The notes beneath the pieces are model-generated. The model was not told where the DNA came from, did not search any database, and saw only the letters and a list, made by a program, of their open reading frames with translations. This document shows, piece after piece, positions 27,536 to 36,775 of a stretch of 50,849 nucleotides of DNA. The position numbers were made by a program, and so were the translations under genes. The first letter of the stretch is position 1, and the number at the start of each line of letters is the position of its first letter. Origin of the DNA: Dermatophilaceae bacterium (lineage in GTDB: Bacteria > Actinomycetota > Actinomycetes > Actinomycetales > Dermatophilaceae); contig JBGTGC010000231.1 in NCBI GenBank assembly GCA_041746935.1, forward strand, positions 1-50,849, read 5' to 3'.

Positions 27536-29976
27536 CCATCGTTGTCGCCGCCCGTGGTGTCGGCCAGCGAGGGCCCACCCAGCGTGGCCGCCGTCTCGCC
27601 GACGTCGGGGCGCACCCAGTGCTGCACTTCCTCGATGTCCATCCCATGGGAACGGGTGTAGGCGCGAGCATCATGCCGGGCATCGACCATCCGCTGTCGC
27701 AGGCCGGCATAGCTGGCCCCAAGCCTTGGCACGCGGTCGATGACGTCCATCACCAACCGATAACGGTCGAGGTTGTTGAGCATCAACATGTCGAACGGCG
27801 TGGTGGTGGTGCCTTCCTCGACGTATCCGCGCACGTGCAGGTTGGCGTGTCCGGTCCGCCGATAGGTCAACCGATGGATCAGCCAGGGATAGCCGTGATA
27901 GGCGAAGATGACCGGCTTGGTGGCCGTGAAGATCGCGTCGAAGTCCCGGTCGGAGAGCCCGTGTGGGTGCTCGTCCTCGCTCTGGAGCCGCATCAGGTCC
28001 ACCACGTTCACGACACGCATCGTCAGATCCGGGATGGCCTCGCGCAACAGGTCGGCCGCCGCCATGACTTCCAACGTCGGCACGTCACCAGCACACCCGA
28101 GGACCACCTCGGGCTCGTCGCGGCCCGACTCCGTGCCAGCCCACTCCCAGATGCCCAAGCCACGCGAGCAGTGCTTGTCCGCCTCGTCCACGGATAGGAA
28201 GTTCGGCCCCGGCTGCTTGCCGGCGACCACGACGTTGACGTACTGCTTGGACCGCAGCACGTGGTCATACGTCGACAGCAAGGTGTTGGCGTCCGGCGGG
28301 AGATAGACCCGGATGATGTCGGCCTTCTTGTTGACCACGTGGTCGATGAAGCCGGGGTCTTGGTGCGAGAAGCCGTTGTGGTCCTGGCGCCAGACGTGTG
28401 AGCTGAGCAGGTAGTTCAACGACGCGATAGGCCGCCGCCAGGGGATGCGGTTGGTGACCTTGAGCCACTTGGCGTGCTGGTTGAACATCGAGTCGACCAG
28501 GTGGATGAACGCCTCGTAGGAGTTCATCATCCCGTGCCGGCCGGTCAATAGATAGCCCTCAAGCCACCCCTGACACTGATGCTCACTCAGCATCTCTATC
28601 ACCCGACCGTTGATCGCCAGGTGCTCCTGGCGGTCGTTCCCTTCCAGTCCGGCGTTCCACTGTTTGTCTGTGACGTCATACACCGCTTGGAGTCGGTTGG
28701 ATGCCGTCTCGTCGGGGCCGAAGATGCGGAAGTTGTCGGGGTTCAGCCGGATGATCTCGCGCAGGAACTCCCCGAGCACGCGGGTGGCCTCGGACATCCC
28801 CGGCCCGCTGCCGTCGGCTGCGACACCGAAGTCGCGCCAGTTCGGCATACGCAGATCTTTGAGGACCAAACCCCCGTTGGTATGCGGGATCTCACCCATC
28901 CGCATCCCTACCGGTGGCGCGAGGGCCGCAATCTCGGGCCGCAACGTGCCCGCGGCATCAAAGAGCTCGTCGGGGCGATAGCTGGCCAGCCAGTCGCTCA
29001 GGTTTTTCAGGTGCTCTGGGGTGTCTCGCGCGTTGGCCAACGGGACCTGGTGCGAGCGCCACGAGCCCTCGGTCTGGTTGCCGTCGATCTCCTTCGGGCC
29101 GGTCCAGCCCTTGGGGGTGCGGAAGACAATCATCGGCCACAACGGTCGTTGCGGCTCCTCCCCAGCGGCCGCCGCGTCGGCTGCGGCGCGCTTGTGTCCG
29201 GCGATCTCGTCCAGCACCGTATCGAGGCAGTCAGCGAACCGTTGATGGATGTCGGCGTGCGACTCCTCGTCGAATCCGGCGGTGAAGAAGTGGGGCGTGT
29301 GCCCGTACCCCCGCATCAGGTCGCCCAACTCGCCTTCGGGGATGCGGGCGAGCACGGTCGGGTTGGCGATCTTGTAGCCGTTGAGGTGCAACACCGGCAG
29401 CACCACGCCATCGGTCAGCGGGTTGAGGAATTTGTTGGAGTGCCATGAGGTGGCCAGTGGACCGGTCTCCGCCTCACCGTCACCGACCACGGCGAACGCG
29501 AGCACCTCCGGGTTGTCGAAGACCGCACCGTAGGCGTGCGACAGGGCATACCCCAATTCACCGCCCTCATGGATCGACCCCGGGGTCTCCGGAGCCACGT
29601 GGGAGGGGATGCCACCGGGGAAGGAGAACTGCCGGAACAACCGGCGGATCCCGTCTTCGTCCTGACTGATCTCCGGATACGTCTGGGTGTAGGTGCCTTC
29701 CAGGTAGGTGCTCGCCACCAGACCTGGGCCGCCGTGGCCCGGACCCGTGACGTAGATGGTGCTCTGTTCGCGCTCGGCGATGGCACGGTTGAGGTGGGCG
29801 TAGAGGAAGTTCAGTCCCGGCGTGGTGCCCCAGTGCCCGAGCAGGCGGGGCTTGATGTGATCGATGGTGAGCGGGTCGCGCAGCAGTGGATTGTCGAGCA
29901 GGTAGATCTGCCCGACCGAGAGGTAGTTGGCGGCCCTCCACCAGGCGTCGATGCGGTCCAGCATGGTCGAGTCCAT
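27532..29976 (-). CDS. xfp: Xylulose-5-phosphate/fructose-6-phosphate phosphoketolase
   Basis: [56 protein letters not shown]; AGGAG RBS before ATG 29976. Confidence 0.96.
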   Translation of the reverse strand: MDSTMLDRIDAWWRAANYLSVGQIYLLDNPLLRDPLTIDHIKPRLLGHWGTTPGLNFLYAHLNRAIAEREQSTIYVTGPGHGGPGLVASTYLEGTYTQTYPEISQDEDGIRRLFRQFSFPGGIPSHVAPETPGSIHEGGELGYALSHAYGAVFDNPEVLAFAVVGDGEAETGPLATSWHSNKFLNPLTDGVVLPVLHLNGYKIANPTVLARIPEGELGDLMRGYGHTPHFFTAGFDEESHADIHQRFADCLDTVLDEIAGHKRAAADAAAAGEEPQRPLWPMIVFRTPKGWTGPKEIDGNQTEGSWRSHQVPLANARDTPEHLKNLSDWLASYRPDELFDAAGTLRPEIAALAPPVGMRMGEIPHTNGGLVLKDLRMPNWRDFGVAADGSGPGMSEATRVLGEFLREIIRLNPDNFRIFGPDETASNRLQAVYDVTDKQWNAGLEGNDRQEHLAINGRVIEMLSEHQCQGWLEGYLLTGRHGMMNSYEAFIHLVDSMFNQHAKWLKVTNRIPWRRPIASLNYLLSSHVWRQDHNGFSHQDPGFIDHVVNKKADIIRVYLPPDANTLLSTYDHVLRSKQYVNVVVAGKQPGPNFLSVDEADKHCSRGLGIWEWAGTESGRDEPEVVLGCAGDVPTLEVMAAADLLREAIPDLTMRVVNVVDLMRLQSEDEHPHGLSDRDFDAIFTATKPVIFAYHGYPWLIHRLTYRRTGHANLHVRGYVEEGTTTTPFDMLMLNNLDRYRLVMDVIDRVPRLGASYAGLRQRMVDARHDARAYTRSHGMDIEEVQHWVRPDVGETAATLGGPSLADTTGGDNDG

Positions 29977-30063
29977 CAGGTCTCCTAGAAGCTGTAGTGG
30001 ATGCCTCATCAGTCTGCCCTAACGGGCAGGATCCGTCGCCGCGAGCCCCCGTAGGGTCACGGT

Positions 30064-30489
30064 ATGACGATGCCCGAGGCAAGCGTGGTTGCTCTGGCTA
30101 TCGCGGCTGCGCTGCACGCCGGGTTCCAATCCACCGTGACGACGGTGGTCTATCCGGCGCTGGTGGCGGTCGAGCCGCAGCAGTGGATACGCGCGCACGC
30201 TGCGCACGGTCGAGCCATCACCCCGATTGTCGGTCTGACCTACGGTGCCTTGCTGATCGCGGTGGTCTGGGCAGCGTGGTCCCAGCCCACTAACCTCGGC
30301 GTGTGGGTATGCGCGGGCGGTGCGGCCTTGTCCATGGCGGCCACGGCCCTCCTGGCTGGGCCGACGCACGGGCGACTGAGCGAGAACCCCGACCCCGAGC
30401 TAGTACGAAGGCTGATCGTGAGCGACCGGGTCAGGTTGGTTGGGGCGCTAGTGGCTCTGCTGGGGGGATCGATGGCCGCCTTCGTCTAG
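30064..30489 (+). CDS. Hypothetical membrane protein (four TM, DUF1772-like)
   Basis: GFQSTVTTVVYPAL...H..H.RAITP...PTHGRL pattern; divergent from xfp. Confidence 0.7.
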   Translation: MTMPEASVVALAIAAALHAGFQSTVTTVVYPALVAVEPQQWIRAHAAHGRAITPIVGLTYGALLIAVVWAAWSQPTNLGVWVCAGGAALSMAATALLAGPTHGRLSENPDPELVRRLIVSDRVRLVGALVALLGGSMAAFV

Positions 30490-30513
30490 CCGCAGGCGGG
30501 GCATCGGGGAGTC

Positions 30514-31227
30514 CTATTTCGAGATCAACATCTCGATGCGATCGAGCAAGGCTTCGACGGCCATTTCGAACTCGTCTTCCGCGTGATCCTCGCTGAGCAG
30601 CGGGCGCAGCCGGCGCACCGTGGGCGCATCCGCGAGCCCTTCCAGTCCGTCGTCGTTGGGCACGCTCGCCTCGCCTTCGTCCAGCGGTTCCTCCAACGGT
30701 GCCGTGTTCGCGCCGCGAATGCCGCACTCGAGCAACAAGTGGCCGAGCAAGAAACTGGTGAACGAGCGATACGTTTCGGCTGCCTGCGCGTCCTTGAAGC
30801 CATGCTCGGACAGGGTCGCCAAGAAGTGCTCGACCAGCTCGATGCTGCGCAGCGGTGGCCGCAGCCACGGAGCCGCAGGGTGCTTGGTGGCCACCAGCGG
30901 AAAAATCTTCGGGTGTTCGATGGCGATTAACCGGACCTCGTGGGCATAACCCTGCAGATATCCCTGCCAGCTTCGCGTCAACTGCTCGTCGAGGCGGTCA
31001 TGCAAACCTTCCAGGATCTGGGCGATGACAGCCTCCAGCAAAGCTTCACGGCCCGGCACGTAGCGATAAATCGCCATCGCTTCAACGCCAAGTTCTGCCC
31101 CTAGCTTGCGCATCGTAAGCGCCTGCGCACCATAGGTATCCATGTATTCAAGGGCTGCGTCAGTGATGCGCTGTCGGTTCAGACGCCGAGGCGCTGCCGC
31201 GTCCGGATTCATAGATTCCAGCGCCAT
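30514..31227 (-). CDS. TetR/AcrR family transcriptional regulator (TetR_C-type C-terminus)
   Basis: LTMRKLGAELGVEAMAIYRYVPGREALL HTH; HPAAPWLRPPLRS. Start ATG 31227. Confidence 0.92.
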   Translation of the reverse strand: MALESMNPDAAAPRRLNRQRITDAALEYMDTYGAQALTMRKLGAELGVEAMAIYRYVPGREALLEAVIAQILEGLHDRLDEQLTRSWQGYLQGYAHEVRLIAIEHPKIFPLVATKHPAAPWLRPPLRSIELVEHFLATLSEHGFKDAQAAETYRSFTSFLLGHLLLECGIRGANTAPLEEPLDEGEASVPNDDGLEGLADAPTVRRLRPLLSEDHAEDEFEMAVEALLDRIEMLISK

Positions 31228-31336
31228 AGTGCCATCCCGTCCGGAGTGCCTGGTGGGCCACAGTGCCCCTGGGCAGTTTGTCACTATGGCCCACCTAATG
31301 GAACTCGACGGCAATGTCGAACCCGGTCAGGACACC

Positions 31337-32053
31337 TCAATGCAGAATCGGGCCTGCATCAACCTTCCGATGAAACCGCATTCCCGTCAGTCCCCCGAGG
31401 ATGGCCCCAACGAGGGTCGTCAACAACACCGATGCACCCACGATCACCGCGGTGAGCGTCCGGTCGGACTGGCTGACCGGTATATCCGGTAGCCCGGTCA
31501 GCTGCGACCCGACATCGAATTGATCACCGAGGAAATACCCCAGGGCGGCAAAGAGGGCAGCCATGACCAGCGCCCAGATCCACACGGCCAAGCCTTGCCG
31601 AGATCCGTCGAATCGGGCCATCCGGCCGGCGACATATCCGCCACAGAAATAGCCGACAAAGAGCACCACGAACAGCGCCACTCCCCCGACGATCCCCGCC
31701 GATTGCGGATCTTGGGCCAGTTGAGCCACGTCTGTGTTGGTGTTCTCGTCCACGAGAGCACCAACACCGGCAACAATCGCGGCCAGAAGCACGATCGCCC
31801 CGGTGGCGCTCAACCACCCGAAGAACGCTGAGCCCCATTTGATCCCGCCGAACTCTTGACGCACCAGGTCGGGATCGACCCGCTCGGGCTCTGTGTGATG
31901 AGCCGGCGGCGTGTGATCTCTACCATCGGAGCCCGCGACGGGAGCGCCCCCGTCGCGTCGAGCCTGAGACTGTTCAACCGTGGGGTCGTCATCCCAGTGA
32001 TCGTCGCGCCGGGGGCGGCCGTGGCCAGAGCCCTCGCCTAGAGGAGTGCTCAT
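31337..32053 (-). CDS. Hypothetical membrane protein (stress-cluster type)
   Basis: FGGIKWGSAFFGW, YFCGGYVAGRMARFDG, GMRFHRKVD; multiple TM helices. Confidence 0.78.
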   Translation of the reverse strand: MSTPLGEGSGHGRPRRDDHWDDDPTVEQSQARRDGGAPVAGSDGRDHTPPAHHTEPERVDPDLVRQEFGGIKWGSAFFGWLSATGAIVLLAAIVAGVGALVDENTNTDVAQLAQDPQSAGIVGGVALFVVLFVGYFCGGYVAGRMARFDGSRQGLAVWIWALVMAALFAALGYFLGDQFDVGSQLTGLPDIPVSQSDRTLTAVIVGASVLLTTLVGAILGGLTGMRFHRKVDAGPILH

Positions 32054-32062
32054 CCAGCGTCC

Positions 32063-32899
32063 CTATCGACCGTCGCGGGTTGTGTCGATGCCGTCAGGAA
32101 CATCTGCCTCGACCTGCTCCTTGCGGACCTCTTCGTTGACCTGCTGCTCGCCGGTCACGGTCTCGGTATCCAGACTGACGCGCTCGACCGGAACGGTTTC
32201 CTTGTCTACCACCACACGCTCTTCGGTGAGCACGACCTCTTGCTCGTCATCGCCGAGGTCACCGTCGACCACGACACCATCCCGCTCGCCTTCGTCAATC
32301 GGTTCACGCTCGAGGCGGACCTCTTCGCGCTCCACGGGCACGGTGGTGGTGACATTCTCAGTCACCACATACTTACGAAGCCGGGCCTTGCCGGTCTCGA
32401 CCCGCTCGGTACCGACGTGCAACTGCTCCTCCGAGACGACCATGCCTTCGTCGTCGTGATCGCGCGGGTGCCCATCCTCGGCCATGCCGTGATCGTCGTG
32501 GTCACGGTGGCCGTCGTGATCGTCGTGATCTCCGTGATCTCCGGCATGGGTGTCCCCGCCGTGACTGGCGGAGGTGCCTCCGCCAACACCGTAGTAACTG
32601 AACAACTCGGACTCCTGCTCCGGGGAAAGGTGGCCTTCAGCGTCATCCATCCGGGGCGCATCCTTGATGGTGGCCTTGTCGTACGGCACTCGGATTTCAT
32701 TGTCACCGAAGTCGGCCGCCGCGACTGGGACAAACGTCTCCGACCCCCCGAACAATCCGGTCTTGGTGGTGACCCACTCTGGGTTGCCACTCTCGTCATC
32801 GAGGTAGACTTGGCCGATCTTGCCGACCTTGTCGCCATCCTTGTCGATGACCACTCCGCCGTTGTCCAACAGCGTCTGCATCTGCTCCGTGCTGACCAT
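32063..32899 (-). CDS. PRC-barrel + DUF2382 (YsnF/AvaK) protein
   Basis: DGDKVGKIGQVYLDD..PEWVTTKTGLFG, then SEEQLHVG, RLRKYVVTE, EEVRKEQVE. Confidence 0.9.
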   Translation of the reverse strand: MVSTEQMQTLLDNGGVVIDKDGDKVGKIGQVYLDDESGNPEWVTTKTGLFGGSETFVPVAAADFGDNEIRVPYDKATIKDAPRMDDAEGHLSPEQESELFSYYGVGGGTSASHGGDTHAGDHGDHDDHDGHRDHDDHGMAEDGHPRDHDDEGMVVSEEQLHVGTERVETGKARLRKYVVTENVTTTVPVEREEVRLEREPIDEGERDGVVVDGDLGDDEQEVVLTEERVVVDKETVPVERVSLDTETVTGEQQVNEEVRKEQVEADVPDGIDTTRDGR

Positions 32900-32927
32900 G
32901 AGGGCTCCCTTGCAATCGTGATTCGAT

Positions 32928-32942
32928 GTTTACCTTGTAAAC
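32928..32942. promoter_or_regulatory. Palindromic operator candidate GTTTAC-ctt-GTAAAC
   Basis: 29-43 nt upstream of the PRC/DUF2382 start; same arms and spacing as 35135-35149. Confidence 0.65.
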
Positions 32943-33005
32943 CTACGCGTCTGCCGACACTTCGCAACCGGAAGGCATGCCTGACGAGAAACGGTGGTGC
33001 TCGAG

Positions 33006-34166
33006 CTACTTCGTTGGCACACTCCGGTCGGAGTCCGCCCCATCGGTCGACTCTCCGGCGCTCTTGCGCAGCGCCCGACCTTTCTTGATGTCCTCGGCCT
33101 CTTTGGCTTCGGTCTTCTCGATCTTGGTCGTATCACGGGCGGGGAGTTGCAACTCTTCTTCGGCAGCGATCCCACCCTGCAATTGACGTCCCCGCTCCAA
33201 CTCGGCGTCGAGTTCGGCACCGAGCAGCAGTGCGATGTTGGTGATCCATAGCCAGAGCAAGAAGATGATGACCCCGGCCAATGAGCCGTACGTGCTGGCG
33301 TAACTCGAGAAGTTCGCCACGTAGAACCCGAAGCCGACCGAAGCGAGAATCCATACGAGGATGGCACTCGCCGCCCCGACGCTGATCCAGCGGAACTTGG
33401 GCTGTTGCACGTTCGGCGTGGAGTAGTACAACAGCGCAACGGTCAGGATCGCCAAGATCAAGATCACCGGCCACTTGGCGATCTGAAAGACAGTGACGAC
33501 GGTCGTGCTGAGCCCGATTGTCGAGCCAATAGTCTCTGCCACCGGGCCCGAAGCCACCAGCATGAGGGCGATCAGCACCACCATGACGACCATGATCAAC
33601 GTGATGAGCAGCATCATCGGCCGAAGTTTCCAGACCGGACGGCCTTCCCCGATCTCGTAGACCCGGTTCATCCCGCGGCTGAACGCCATCACATAGCCGG
33701 ACGCAGACCACAACGCCGTAGCCAGACCGATAATCAGTGCGAGACCACCACCGGGTGATGTCGCCAAAGACTCAATCGTGGGCTTGAGCGTTTCGGCGAC
33801 CGAGGACCCACCCAACTGCGTGACGATCTCGGTCACCTGCGTGACTGTCGTATCGGCCTGACCCACCAAACTCAACAACGACAGAATCGCGATGAGCGCG
33901 GGGAAGAGAGCCAGCACCGCAAAGTACGTCAACGCGGCAGCGAGATCGGTGCACTCGTCGTCAGTGAACTCCCGCAACGTCTTGCGAGCCGTGTATTTCC
34001 ACGTGGGGGCTTTCACGTCACCAACGTCGGCTGGCTTGGCGTCGGCCTCGGGATGAACCACTTCCTCCTGCTTCGTCGCGGCATCCTGACGGGGAAGCTC
34101 CTCCTCGACCAGGTCACGCTCGGCCTTCTCCTTTTCGGCCTTCTCCTTTTTCGAAAGACCCAACAT
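33006..34166 (-). CDS. YihY/virulence factor BrkB family membrane protein
   Basis: DLAAALTYFAVLALFP, LWSASGY, YASTYGSLAGVI, LLGAELDAE. Confidence 0.92.
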   Translation of the reverse strand: MLGLSKKEKAEKEKAERDLVEEELPRQDAATKQEEVVHPEADAKPADVGDVKAPTWKYTARKTLREFTDDECTDLAAALTYFAVLALFPALIAILSLLSLVGQADTTVTQVTEIVTQLGGSSVAETLKPTIESLATSPGGGLALIIGLATALWSASGYVMAFSRGMNRVYEIGEGRPVWKLRPMMLLITLIMVVMVVLIALMLVASGPVAETIGSTIGLSTTVVTVFQIAKWPVILILAILTVALLYYSTPNVQQPKFRWISVGAASAILVWILASVGFGFYVANFSSYASTYGSLAGVIIFLLWLWITNIALLLGAELDAELERGRQLQGGIAAEEELQLPARDTTKIEKTEAKEAEDIKKGRALRKSAGESTDGADSDRSVPTK

Positions 34167-34477
34167 CACCGGTGAGCCACCCGGCGCAGGAGGCCGACGA
34201 GGACTGCGACCACGGCAATAGCAGCCATCACGGGGGCCGCTTGCTTCAAGGCGTCTGCGCGGGCGTCTGGGTCGTTCATCGTCTCTTGTGCGCGGCGTTT
34301 CGCATCGGCGACCCGCTCTTGAGCCTGGGATTTGAGGTCCAACTTCGCGCTCAAGGCCTCAACAGTCTCGCTCAACTGCTCACGTGTCGCCTCGATCTCG
34401 GCTTCGATCTTCGCTGGATCTTTCGACGCTTGATCCGAAGTCTCGACGTGGTCGCTATTCGTGCTTTCGGTACTCAT
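34166..34477 (-). CDS. DUF3618 domain protein
   Basis: IEAEIEATREQLSETVEALSAKLD plus C-terminal TM. Confidence 0.85.
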   Translation of the reverse strand: MSTESTNSDHVETSDQASKDPAKIEAEIEATREQLSETVEALSAKLDLKSQAQERVADAKRRAQETMNDPDARADALKQAAPVMAAIAVVAVLVGLLRRVAHR

Positions 34478-34869
34478 TTCGAGGCGTTCTCCTTCACGGT
34501 GGCCACATCTTTTTTGACGCTGGCGATGGTGCGCTCCGGGGCGGGCTTGGCCTGCTCGACCTGTTTCTTGCCTAGCAGCGCAACGATCCCGGCCACCGAT
34601 AAGAGAGCCACCGTGACGATCACGGCAGCGGCCCAGGTCGGCAGCACAAGGGCCAGCGCGATGATCGCCGTTGCGACCCCTGCACCAAGACCCATGAGAG
34701 CGAGCACTCCACTGGCCCCAAACATGCCGATACCCGTCCCGGCGTGCTTGGCCTTTTGTGACATCTCGGCCTGTGCCAAGCGCATCTCATCCCGAATGAG
34801 CGTCGACGTCTGCTCAGAAAGGCGAGCGATCAATTCGCCTGTCGATGCTTGCTCCGGGTGTGTCGTCAT
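34474..34869 (-). CDS. Actinobacterial holin-like (DUF1469) membrane protein
   Basis: STGELIARLSEQTSTLIRDEMRLAQAE, PERTIASVKKDV. Start ATG 34869. Confidence 0.85.
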   Translation of the reverse strand: MTTHPEQASTGELIARLSEQTSTLIRDEMRLAQAEMSQKAKHAGTGIGMFGASGVLALMGLGAGVATAIIALALVLPTWAAAVIVTVALLSVAGIVALLGKKQVEQAKPAPERTIASVKKDVATVKENASK

Positions 34870-34873
34870 CCGT

Positions 34874-35113
34874 TCAGACATTGAACTGATTCGGAGAGTC
34901 GCCGTGGTCACCGACCTCGCTAAGGCTGGACTCGGTGCCATCGGAGGTCAGGTCCTTGGCCTTGTCCTCCGCGTGACGCTTGCCCTTCTGGACCGTGGGA
35001 CTCCTCCACAGCGATGTGGCCTTGTTGCTGAGTTCTTCGTAGCGCTCGCGGCCGGCGCGGGCTCCTAGGACGTAGCCGACGGCTCCGGCAGCAGCCAGGG
35101 TGAGCTTGCTCAT
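34874..35113 (-). CDS. YtxH-like small protein
   Basis: GAVGYVLGARAGRERYEEL...W..P.VQ; GAGGAG RBS. Confidence 0.8.
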   Translation of the reverse strand: MSKLTLAAAGAVGYVLGARAGRERYEELSNKATSLWRSPTVQKGKRHAEDKAKDLTSDGTESSLSEVGDHGDSPNQFNV

Positions 35114-35132
35114 GGGTTCTCCTCAGTGAGTG

Positions 35133-35151
35133 ACGTTTACGACGTAAACGT
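35133..35151. promoter_or_regulatory. Palindromic operator candidate ACGTTTACG-A-CGTAAACGT
   Basis: Perfect 9-bp arms between a GGGTAC box (minus strand, 35164-35169) and the RBS of the YtxH-like gene. Confidence 0.7.
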
Positions 35152-35219
35152 TCAGATCCTAAGGTACCCGAACCACCCCGTCGCGTCGCGGTGCAGCCTC
35201 AAGACTGATGCGAGGGCAT

Positions 35220-36344
35220 TTAATTGCGGGCGAGCGCAAGCAGCAGCCGAGCAGTCATCGTGCCCCGGCCCAACCCGACTTCGACGAGGTCATCGAAGGC
35301 ACCCGCATCGGCGGACGCGGCGCGAAGGCCGGCGTCGAGAAGCCCCGGGATTGCGACCGCTCGCGAAAGGCCCGCGGTCGTGGCCAGGTGAGACCCCAGA
35401 AGTCGTCGCACGGCGCGGCGATACGACACAGATGCGGTGGCTGCCGCCCGAGGCTGCATGGCGCACGCACCGGCAATCGCGCCGGTGGCGACCGCGTAGT
35501 AGATGCCCTCGCCGGTCAGCGGGTTGATCAGCGAGGCCGCGTCGCCGGCATACATGATCGGTCCGCCTGGATGAGCAAAGTACGGCGCCGACAGCGGGAG
35601 GTGATGCCCCAGCCACCGCTCGCCACCGCGAGTGCTGCCCGGCAACATCTGCTCGATCTGCCCGATCATCATCGGCTTGCTCAGCATCTCGCGGAAGCGG
35701 CCCGCGTGCAGGACTTCGCCGTATCCGATGTTGGCCCAGCCGTCCCCGCGATCAAAGGACCAGGCGTATGAGGGTTGACGGGTTTGGCCGAACCGGATGA
35801 CTTGCCGTCCGGCTCGCTGCGAGGACGTGGGCGCATACCCGCGCAGTGCCATCGCGACCTTGCCACTGGCGATCTGGTGAGTCCCGGTCGCGCGGCGGAC
35901 CGCCGAGTGCGCGCCATCGGCAGCAATCACCACCCGTGCCTCAATGCTTTCGTTGAGCACGACAACACCGGGCTGGGGCTCGACGTCCCGGACCTGGCAG
36001 CGGCGGAACTGCGCCCCACGGTTGATCGCGGCTCTGGCCAGAGTGGCGTCGAAGGTCGCTCGTGGCACCACCAGGGCGGGCCGGATCATCTGGCGCACGA
36101 CGCCGACATCACCGTTGGCCAACTCCAAGGTGCAGACCTCTGGGTGACCGGCAAACGTCGTCGGCCCGCCGAGGGCACTCAGGATGTCGATGGCGTGCGG
36201 GGCGATGCCGTCGCCACACGATTTGTCTCGCCCGATCTCGGCGCGGTCGAGCATCAGCACGCGGGCGTCAGGGTGCCGAGCCAAGGCGGCCATGGCGGCA
36301 GTGCTGCCCGCCGGGCCCGCGCCGACGATCGCCAGGTCCCACAT
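35220..36344 (-). CDS. Geranylgeranyl reductase-like FAD-dependent oxidoreductase
   Basis: WDLAIVGAGPAGS, RDKSCGDG, IAADGAHS, AGDAASLINPLTGEGIYYA. Start ATG 36344. Confidence 0.87.
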   Translation of the reverse strand: MWDLAIVGAGPAGSTAAMAALARHPDARVLMLDRAEIGRDKSCGDGIAPHAIDILSALGGPTTFAGHPEVCTLELANGDVGVVRQMIRPALVVPRATFDATLARAAINRGAQFRRCQVRDVEPQPGVVVLNESIEARVVIAADGAHSAVRRATGTHQIASGKVAMALRGYAPTSSQRAGRQVIRFGQTRQPSYAWSFDRGDGWANIGYGEVLHAGRFREMLSKPMMIGQIEQMLPGSTRGGERWLGHHLPLSAPYFAHPGGPIMYAGDAASLINPLTGEGIYYAVATGAIAGACAMQPRAAATASVSYRRAVRRLLGSHLATTAGLSRAVAIPGLLDAGLRAASADAGAFDDLVEVGLGRGTMTARLLLALARN

Positions 36345-36419
36345 GATGACGCCCCTTCCCGCCACGAGGGCCCGGGTCTTTGGCTTCGGCCCGGTGCCAG
36401 GCGACAATACGTCTGCACC

Positions 36420-36729
36420 ATGACCGACGACACGTCAGGACCTCGTATGCGGCGAACGCCACCCAGGGAGTCGATGCTTCGCGCGCTCTGGTTGGGCCGT
36501 ACCGATGTCGACATCCACTACACGGGTATGCGCCCCGGCGAAAAACTCACCGATCCTCTTCGCCAAGGGTGACGCGATCCGCGCCAGCGATCACCCCCTG
36601 GTCAGTGCCGTCAGCGTCCCGGCGCTCAACGCCCAGCACCTCACCGACGCACCTCGGGGCGGGTCCGAGGCACTGGTCCGGTGGATGCAGGACCAGTCGT
36701 CCGGCCGCACCATGGCGATCGAGCCCTGA
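36420..36729 (+). pseudogene. Remnant of a CapD/WbpM-like nucleoside-diphosphate-sugar dehydratase (C-terminal fragment)
   Basis: DIHYTGMRPGEKL signature, a frameshift at about 36550, then ILF...HPLVSAVSVPAL. The catalytic core is missing. Confidence 0.65.
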
Positions 36730-36775
36730 CACCACGCCGTCTCGGTGGTCTGGTCCGCGCGCTTAGGGTATCTGG

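Noticed and set aside
32450-32565. Short tandem repeats as a CRISPR array
   Set aside because: They are 9-nt in-frame coding repeats with no spacers, and there are no cas genes.
34474-34869. 'Holin' as evidence of a prophage
   Set aside because: This DUF1469-type family is a normal chromosomal companion of DUF3618/YihY genes in actinobacteria. No phage structural, lysin or integrase genes are in the window.
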